From positions 224,001 through 288,000 of the IMG/VR virus record IMGVR_UViG_3300031088_000008: a stretch of DNA of 64,000 bases; one strand, 5' to 3'. This document shows positions 57,455 through 64,000 of this stretch, piece by piece. Source of the DNA: a virus. Taxonomy: Duplodnaviria > Caudoviricetes. A program made the translations under genes and the position numbers. Position 1 is the stretch's first letter. Every line of letters begins with the position of its first letter. Below the pieces are notes generated by a model. It was given only the letters and a program-made list of their open reading frames with translations. It was not told the DNA's origin and searched no databases.

Positions 57455-59274
57455 TATGCTTCCTTCCAACCCTCACCATCGAGGTAAGCCTTGACCTCGT
57501 CGAACAAGCCCTCGCTGCTGTAGCTGAAGCCCGTCTCGGGGTTCTCACCCTTCCGCTTGTGGATCATCTGCGTGATGTCGTCGATGTTCCAGTCGCCGCC
57601 CCACTCCTTGAGCACCTCGCTCAAGACATCACCGGGGAGGTCGATGGTCTCCAGCAAGTTGCCTTCACGATCCAGATAGCCCATCTGCATCACGATGCCC
57701 GTGAACTCCCGGCGGACGAACTTGTAGCCCAGTCCGGTGATCTGTGCATCGCGGGGACGATAGCGATCCGACCACGTGAGATCGAGGGGAAGGTTGGCCT
57801 TGTTGGCACTGAAGGTGTTCCAGACCTCGCCGCAGAACTCCGCCCACTTGTCGCCACTGTCGCTGTTGATGTAGGCACTGGCTGCACCCACCGGAGGAGC
57901 CGGTGGAACAACGGCCGGCGGTGCTGCTGGGAGTGGAGCAAAGCTGCCCGCCCTTGCATTCATGGACGCTGGGCCGACCATTGGACCGGGCGAGCCACCG
58001 CCCATGTGACCGCCACCAAAGCCCGGCGACATCGGAGGAGCAACGTAGGGCGGCGGTGCAGGAGCCACGATATCGTAGGGCGCGGGATATGCCTGATCAT
58101 CATCACGGATGCTGACGTACTGGTCATCCTCGTCCATGTCCAGCACCGCTGCCAGATAATCGCTGAGATCCTCGTCCTGTGCGGCGAAGAAGTCGATCAG
58201 GGGATTGCTCGATCCATCGTCGTAGATCTCATAGAGCAGCCAGATTGCGTGACTGCGCTCGATTTCGATTTCGTCGACGCCGGACTGGAACTGCCTGTTG
58301 ATCGCCGCGTCATCGTCCCACGTGGAGTTGGCCTGATCCAAGCCCTGAAGGCCCATGATCCGCTGACTGATGAACGCTGCCTGTGCTGCCGGCTGAAGAT
58401 TGACCAGTTCTGGATAGCCACCGCTCATGATGGGCATCGCGGCCTGCATTCCAGGGCTGTTGAAGAGACCAGAGGGCGGAAGCGGAGGGACACCGCCCAG
58501 CGGCTGCATGGCCGGAATATGGGTGCTGCCGATAGTCACGCCACCGGTTGCACCCAGGGAACCAGCCATCTGACCGATAGCCGCCATCATCGCGGCCTGC
58601 TGTGCCTGATGCGTCGCGGCCTGCGCGGCTGCAACCTGTCCGGGATTCTTGTTGGCAAACCGGGTGATCGTGCTCGCCGGAGTGCTGCTCGAAGCCGGCT
58701 GAAGCGGTGCGCTGTAGTTGGGGTCGAGGACCGCAGGAACGATCGAGAGATCAGGACCGGGAGCCGGCGTGGTTGGCGCCTTGTGTGCCATCAGCCAGTC
58801 GGTCAGCTCACGCGAGAACTTGAAGCCGGCCTTCTTCAGCGTCATGTGGATCGTGAGTTCATTGTAGTCGTTCTTGCTGGCGATGAACTGATTCTCGCAT
58901 ACCTCATCGAGGTTCGCTGGAAGCCCCATCAGGGCGACCAGACCATCCTGCTGATGCTGGTCATACAGTTGAGCCGTCCGGAGAAAGCGATCGAGTGGTT
59001 CGAACGAAAGCACGAAGCTGCCGTCTTCGCCCAGATCTGCTGCGTCGCTGAACCCATAGATCCACTGATCCTTTTCCAGGATCTGGCAGTCTTCGTCGTC
59101 GCCCAGCGTATATACGGTGCGATTCAGCTTGGAGTTGTGGAACTCCCGGAAGTCATGCCCGCTTGCGAGAGTCCGCTTGTCGCGGCGCTTCCAGTCGGCG
59201 GCCTTGCTTCCCTTGACGTCCGTGCAATCGAAATAGTTGACGATTGCATCCTTGATATCGTCGCTTGCACTCAT
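57454..59274 (-). CDS. Multidomain hypothetical protein with Pro/Ala/Gly-rich linkers
   Basis: Cassette promoter + AGGAGATCG put the start at 59274 (MSASDD). Confidence 0.8.
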   Translation of the reverse strand: MSASDDIKDAIVNYFDCTDVKGSKAADWKRRDKRTLASGHDFREFHNSKLNRTVYTLGDDEDCQILEKDQWIYGFSDAADLGEDGSFVLSFEPLDRFLRTAQLYDQHQQDGLVALMGLPANLDEVCENQFIASKNDYNELTIHMTLKKAGFKFSRELTDWLMAHKAPTTPAPGPDLSIVPAVLDPNYSAPLQPASSSTPASTITRFANKNPGQVAAAQAATHQAQQAAMMAAIGQMAGSLGATGGVTIGSTHIPAMQPLGGVPPLPPSGLFNSPGMQAAMPIMSGGYPELVNLQPAAQAAFISQRIMGLQGLDQANSTWDDDAAINRQFQSGVDEIEIERSHAIWLLYEIYDDGSSNPLIDFFAAQDEDLSDYLAAVLDMDEDDQYVSIRDDDQAYPAPYDIVAPAPPPYVAPPMSPGFGGGHMGGGSPGPMVGPASMNARAGSFAPLPAAPPAVVPPAPPVGAASAYINSDSGDKWAEFCGEVWNTFSANKANLPLDLTWSDRYRPRDAQITGLGYKFVRREFTGIVMQMGYLDREGNLLETIDLPGDVLSEVLKEWGGDWNIDDITQMIHKRKGENPETGFSYSSEGLFDEVKAYLDGEGWKEA

Positions 59275-59326
59275 AGTGCCGATCTCCTGTTGATTCCCAG
59301 CTGGTGTAGCGCCAGGATCCTGTGTG

Positions 59327-59686
59327 TCAACCAAACATCGTTGATTCGCCGGGATCGGCTTGCTTGGTCTTGAGGTCCACGTAATCGATCACTGGGATCA
59401 TACGCTTTCGCTTGAACACCTGCTGGATCTCGATGCCGCCCTGATCAGCAAAGCCTTGAAGGAAGAGACTGCCTCGGCCAACCAGCTTTAAGACCACGTA
59501 AACGGATTCGGCGGGAATCCACTTGTACTCGATCACTTCCCAGGCAACCGGTTGCCCGTCGCTGTCCGCGGTCGTGACATTCATGCCAATTGGCTCAGGC
59601 TGCAGGCTCAGGAATACCCCGATGCGGCGGAGTTCCTCCGAGGGCATCTTTGCCGCAAGCTGTTCCTTGCTCCACAGTTCAATCAT
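59327..59686 (-). CDS. Hypothetical protein
   Basis: Operonic ORF. Confidence 0.65.
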   Translation of the reverse strand: MIELWSKEQLAAKMPSEELRRIGVFLSLQPEPIGMNVTTADSDGQPVAWEVIEYKWIPAESVYVVLKLVGRGSLFLQGFADQGGIEIQQVFKRKRMIPVIDYVDLKTKQADPGESTMFG

Positions 59687-60201
59687 TGGTGTTCTCCGAT
59701 AACACGATAGCTACCACTTCATTGCACCATTTTGCATGTCCTGCAAGGGCGTCATCCCAAGTCGCATACCGCTCCACAACGTCTCTGTACAAGACTTCGG
59801 TTCGCTCACTGGTGATCATGGTTTCAAAATACTTGGGACTTTCATCGTATATTCCAACATTTGATCCCAGGAAAACCGTTGACACATGGACGCCTAGAAT
59901 GGCTTCCGTGCGACCAACTATCCGGGAGTTGTTACCATTCTCAATGATGTGCGTTAGAAAGTTTCCCTTGACTTGCTGGACTTTCTTGTCCTTGTCTAGA
60001 TAGTAGAACACGATTATTTGTCCAGCTTGATTGTTGTGTGGACCATTCCCCAGATGCCCAGCACGAACAAAACGCCCAAGATGGGCATCAGCGTACTGGT
60101 AGCCCACAGGGGATGCTGCGCGGCATACCACGCAAGACCACAGACACAAGCCGTCAACGCTAGGATGACCAGCGTTACCAAAAAGCTCTTGACCAGGTCT
60201 T

Positions 60202-60774
60202 TCACAGTCCCTCAATCAGTTCATGGTAGCGGTCTTCACTGACGCCCAGTCGCTTGAGCCAATGCTCAAAGTAGAACGTGAGTTCCCGGCTGCGCGGATG
60301 GGACACCTGATGGTAGATGATGAAGTCTTTTCGGTTCTGCACCTTGTCGGCGATCAGCATGTTGTTGACTGCTGGGATGGGCGATAGACGAAGAGGCTTC
60401 AGAGGATAGACTTCCTCACGTCCCCAGGAGTTGGGACCAATGCCAATCTGATCACTCAGGAAGTCATTGGCAACATTGCGGTATTCCATCGCATAGGCGG
60501 CGACCATGTTGTCCAGGCGATCAATCTTGGTGAAGTTGGCCCGCAGGTCATCGTCGGCCTGAAACAGTGGATGGACCGCGTAGGCTTCCTTGGTTGTCAG
60601 GTCGGCCTCTAGCCGGTCTAGGATCTCCAGCCCCTCGTGGATGTGATTGATCAGTGGAACCAGGGACCGCCGGGTAGTCCGGTCACCATAGTGTTCCACG
60701 ATCATCTGATAGCCCGAAGTTGTCTCAATCAAAACCCAGTTCCTTTCGACGAGCAGCAGCTTTTTCTTCTTCAC
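60202..60774 (-). CDS. Hypothetical protein, possibly a diverged HD-fold hydrolase
   Basis: PLINHIHEG...AVHPL...LIADKVQN spacing resembles HD_4 hydrolases but lacks HD. Confidence 0.4.
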   Translation of the reverse strand: MKKKKLLLVERNWVLIETTSGYQMIVEHYGDRTTRRSLVPLINHIHEGLEILDRLEADLTTKEAYAVHPLFQADDDLRANFTKIDRLDNMVAAYAMEYRNVANDFLSDQIGIGPNSWGREEVYPLKPLRLSPIPAVNNMLIADKVQNRKDFIIYHQVSHPRSRELTFYFEHWLKRLGVSEDRYHELIEGL

Positions 60775-61068
60775 GTTCCGCCCAGGGCTTCAAGCCCATT
60801 CGCTCCTGGAATGCTGTCAAGCAAGCGATGCGACGGTCGGGCGTTTTGTCATAGATGTATCGGCGCATGTCAGCTTCCAGGCGCTCCACCGGATTCTCTT
60901 CCACGATGGTGACTTCATCGGGGAGAAGTTCCAGCAAGTTCTCATCACAGTAGAGACGACCATCCATCGTGATGTCGGTGACGGTGGCAAATCGGATCTT
61001 GTCCCCATACTTGTAGGAAACCTCAAGACCAACTGTGATCCACTTTTTGTTTGTATCAAAGACGTCCA

Positions 61069-62349
61069 TTACTTGGCATCCCTTATGCGACCCAGAGTCT
61101 GCTCCATTCCTAGGAGGACCATTACATCAAAGATCGGCGGACTGATTGTGCTGCCGGTCAGTGCTGCGCGAAGAACACCGGCGACCACGCCCAGCTTCAA
61201 ACCCATTACGTCTGCGTAGGCCTTGACACGGTGCTCCAGGTGCTCCTTGTCCCAAGGTGTTCCAACCAGCAGCTCATCCAGTTCCTCGAGGATCTTGCCG
61301 TCTAGCTTTTCGCCAGCCTTTTCCTCGATGAAGATGGGTCGCAGGTCCCAGAGAAACTGGGTTCCCTTCGCGAGAGCGTTGAGGTCCGTGGAACGCTCAC
61401 GGAGCGCCGTCATTGCCCCAACAAGTGTGGCATCGTCCCAGTCAATGCCCTGCTCATGCAGAAGCGGTCCAACCCAGTTCCTTGCAAGGATTTCCGGCTC
61501 GGTGTTCCTGATGTAGTGGCCGTTGATGCTGGCCAGCTTTTTCCTGTCCAGACGAGCTGCACCCTTGCCCACGTCCTTGATGTCAAACCACTCAATGGCT
61601 TGCTCCATCGTGAACAGCTCATCGTTGCCATGTCCCCAGCCCAGTCGTGCCAGGTAGTTGACCATTGCGGGTGCCAGGATGCCCATGTCCATCCGGTACT
61701 CGTCAACCGATGCCGCGCCGGTTCGCTTGCTGAGCTTTTTGCCATCCTCGCCGTGAATCAGGGGAATGTGACCATACCGGGGAATGGGCCAGTTCATTGC
61801 CTTGTAGATGCTCAGCTGACGGAAGGCATTGTTCAGATGGTCGTCACCGCGAATCACATGAGTAACACCCATGTCGTGATCATCCACAACCACTGCCAGC
61901 ATGTAGGTTGGCGTGCCATCGCTTCGGAGAATCACAAAGTCATCGATATCCTGGCGCCACGTTACCGTGCCTTGTACCAAGTCCTCGATGGTCTGCTCGC
62001 CCTTGATGCCACGGATTCGGACAGCCCGCTGGCCATCTTCATTGACGTTGTTGGGATCATAATAGGCCATGCCCTGGTCGATCAGCTGATTGGCTACCTC
62101 GACGTGACGGGCGGCATTCCTGCTCTGCAGCACGATATCCTCGTCGGGATCCAGCCCCAGCCAGGCCAGCCCGGTGAAGATTGCCTCGATGGCATCGGGA
62201 GTGTTTCGTTCCTTGTCGGTGTCCTCGATGCGGATCAGGAACTTTCCACCCATATGCCGAGCATAGAGCCAGTTGAAGAGTGCCGTACGGGCTCCTCCAA
62301 TATGAAGGTAGCCCGTTGGACTTGGCGCAAAGCGTGTCACTACTGTCAT
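61069..62349 (-). CDS. gltX: Glutamyl-tRNA synthetase
   Basis: TRFAPSPTGYLHIGGAR, RIEDTD, VVDDH.MG.THVIRGDDH, KLSKR, anticodon domain LRAALTG...SPP. Confidence 0.96.
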   Translation of the reverse strand: MTVVTRFAPSPTGYLHIGGARTALFNWLYARHMGGKFLIRIEDTDKERNTPDAIEAIFTGLAWLGLDPDEDIVLQSRNAARHVEVANQLIDQGMAYYDPNNVNEDGQRAVRIRGIKGEQTIEDLVQGTVTWRQDIDDFVILRSDGTPTYMLAVVVDDHDMGVTHVIRGDDHLNNAFRQLSIYKAMNWPIPRYGHIPLIHGEDGKKLSKRTGAASVDEYRMDMGILAPAMVNYLARLGWGHGNDELFTMEQAIEWFDIKDVGKGAARLDRKKLASINGHYIRNTEPEILARNWVGPLLHEQGIDWDDATLVGAMTALRERSTDLNALAKGTQFLWDLRPIFIEEKAGEKLDGKILEELDELLVGTPWDKEHLEHRVKAYADVMGLKLGVVAGVLRAALTGSTISPPIFDVMVLLGMEQTLGRIRDAK

Positions 62350-62618
62350 AGTCCAGTAGTTGCACCAAAGTGCCTGCCTGTCTAGCCTTTAGTTGGGTGC
62401 TGCCGTGTAGAGAAAGATGATCACCAGCAGCAGGTAGCCAACAACAAAGATCAGGAACTCACGGTTCTCAATCTTCTTGTACTCCTCGGGATGAAGGGCA
62501 CTTCGACCACCCAACGCCCATGCTTTGTAAATCTGACTGACGATTGCTGGCAAGAGGGTGACGAAGAGAACAAAGGCTCCAAAGAGAAGATGCTCCAGTA
62601 CCCAGATGGTCTTGTTGA

Positions 62619-63008
62619 TCATTCCTCGGGAAGCCTCTTGCTCTTGCCGTTCTCGTCGATGTGGACGAAAACGTACATGGCTTCGCAGACCTTGGTGGCC
62701 ACTCCGGTGCAGCCCGCAAGTGCATAGGTGCAGACCATGCAGTGCATCGAGGAACGACCAGTTTGTTTGATGTCCGCGTAGATGACAACCTCGTCGCCAA
62801 CCTTCACGGGAGCCATGAATTTGAATCCCTCAACGGCTACCGTTACAGTCCGGCCACCAGCGCGACGCTTGGTAACCGCTGCGGCCGCGAGATCCATCTG
62901 GCTCATCAACCATCCACCAAAGATGTCACCATCGGGATTGGTGTCGCCGGGCATGGCCGTCAGGATACGGACTGGTCGCCGCTCTGCGTTGTTGATTGGA
63001 TCGCTCAC
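62619..63008 (-). CDS. Acyl-CoA thioesterase (YciA-type hotdog fold)
   Basis: AMPGDTNPDGDIFGGWLMSQMDLAA...VTVAV...PVKVGD...GRSSM. Confidence 0.92.
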   Translation of the reverse strand: MSDPINNAERRPVRILTAMPGDTNPDGDIFGGWLMSQMDLAAAAVTKRRAGGRTVTVAVEGFKFMAPVKVGDEVVIYADIKQTGRSSMHCMVCTYALAGCTGVATKVCEAMYVFVHIDENGKSKRLPEE

Positions 63009-63401
63009 TGGGTTACCTCGTGTTGTTTCGATCTTCCAACAGGTGCTTGATATCCATCAAGTAGCCCAGGATGATCATTAGAAACCCCATGATCATCCGC
63101 CCCTGGACATAGTTGGGCTGAACATCATCTGTCAGTAACCAAATAGCCATGAGGGCAACCACTATGGTACCCACGACCTTGAGGCTCTGACTGATTGTTT
63201 CTGATGTGGAGCGCTTCATGGAACCATCCTGTACTTGCGGCTACCGGTCATGAACACCGGAAGGTTGGCCTCATAATCCCAGCCGCAACACCAGTGACCA
63301 TCATCGCCGCGCTCTGGGCAATTACTGCGGGACAGGTCATCATTCTCTGGCTCGCGACCAACCGCAGCGCGAAATCGCGCCGCAGTGATCTCCTCGGCCA
63401 T

Positions 63402-63764
63402 TTAGACTTCCTCGCCGAAGACCGTGCCGGCCAGACGCGCGAACGTCAGCTGGTTCTTGAAGCTCTTCGTGAAGCCCGCATAGCAAGCCTCGATGCCCGG
63501 ATAGTCGCCATCGTCGGTCTTCTGCAGATCGACTTCCTTGTAGCCCTTCCGCTTCTTCTCACTGGCCTTGGAGCTCGCATCATAGGCGCCCCAGACACCC
63601 GGCCACCGCTTGAAGGTCAGCTTCTTCTTGCCATCGAGATCGGCGCGACGACCCCAGAAGTTGTAGATCTTGCCGGCCACTTCCACGTAGCCCCAGATCT
63701 TGTCCGAGTTCTTGGCCTCGTCCTTGAACCACAGAAACTGTTTGATATCGAACTCAGTGCTCAT
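63402..63764 (-). CDS. WGR-like domain protein
   Basis: SDKIWG...FWGRR...KKRKGY; cassette promoter at 63814. Confidence 0.65.
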   Translation of the reverse strand: MSTEFDIKQFLWFKDEAKNSDKIWGYVEVAGKIYNFWGRRADLDGKKKLTFKRWPGVWGAYDASSKASEKKRKGYKEVDLQKTDDGDYPGIEACYAGFTKSFKNQLTFARLAGTVFGEEV

Positions 63765-64000
63765 GTCGATCTCCTTTGTTTCAACGTAGTGCCAGGATCC
63801 GGCCAGTCAACCAATTATTCGGCGATCGCAGCCTGACGAGCTGCCTCGAAAATATCGTGCTCAATCACACGACCAAACTCCGCGTAACGCTTGGCAGCCC
63901 AGTAGACACGGCAACGCATCCACCAGGAGAGATCCAAGTAGGTGCCATTGTACTTGAGACCCTCGTCCTCTCGATAAACCAGTTCGTCATAGGATGCCGT

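Larger units (their letters stand above)
2552..63815. promoter_or_regulatory. Dispersed family (>50 copies) of sigma70-type promoter + leader + RBS cassettes
   Basis: Consensus (aaa)[c/g][t/c]GGTTG[A/C]..N13-15..G[C/T]TA.., then a leader (ccagaacat[a/c]ggcaac, ctggtacat[a/c]ggaaacgca or gtctgtttatcgga) and AGGAGATCGA before the start. Examples: 2556, 4359, 6971, 7746, 9155, 12726, 13921, 20753, 24465, 34530, 35792, 36472, 42555, 44573, 47814, 52766 (+); 27872, 56367, 59333, 63814 (-). Confidence 0.9.

Noticed and set aside
57559-59373. 604-aa + strand ORF and other long antisense ORFs (e.g. 28342-29427, 33630-34496, 35617-36630, 61456-62385)
   Set aside because: Shadows of GC3-biased real genes on the opposite strand; no RBS or motifs
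1-64000. Bacterial chromosome or integrated prophage; alternative genetic code
   Set aside because: Host-like genes are isolated among dense small phage-type ORFs, with no integrase or att site seen; known enzymes are full-length in code 11 and all three stop codons are used

Overview
A 64-kb piece of a large (jumbo-type) tailed phage genome. The host is probably an alphaproteobacterium: GluRS, the L,D-transpeptidase, the outer-membrane barrel and the TTGAC-N13-15-G(C/T)TA promoters lacking -7T look Sphingomonadales/Caulobacter-like (inference). Bases 1-2468 are the end of a structural/receptor-binding module of Ig-like repeats plus an Asp-box beta-propeller. From about 2.5 to 53.4 kb is a + strand accessory/early region of over 100 mostly small genes, and more than 50 carry their own copy of a conserved promoter-leader-RBS cassette. 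From 53.45 to 64 kb the genes run on the - strand. Recognisable genes: TrpRS, GluRS, NAD synthetase, a J-domain/NMNAT/PRTase fusion, a 2OG-Fe(II) oxygenase, an Acb1-like 2H phosphoesterase, UDG-like, MazG-like, RMF-like, GNAT-like, L,D-transpeptidase, SleB-type cell-wall hydrolase, a lone receiver domain, a lone GAF domain, a TPM protein and an acyl-CoA thioesterase. Best novel leads: (1) Ig domains split across three adjacent genes, suggesting plug-and-socket assembly by strand complementation; (2) sequence-variable hairpins centred on the -10 element of the repeated promoters; (3) a tandem repeat / small antisense RNA / target-leader locus at 51.8-52.8 kb; (4) a candidate NAD-rebuilding pathway; (5) three more promoter-driven non-coding RNAs; (6) a divergent gene pair strongly depleted of CC. 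All calls come from reading motifs by eye; no searches were run.
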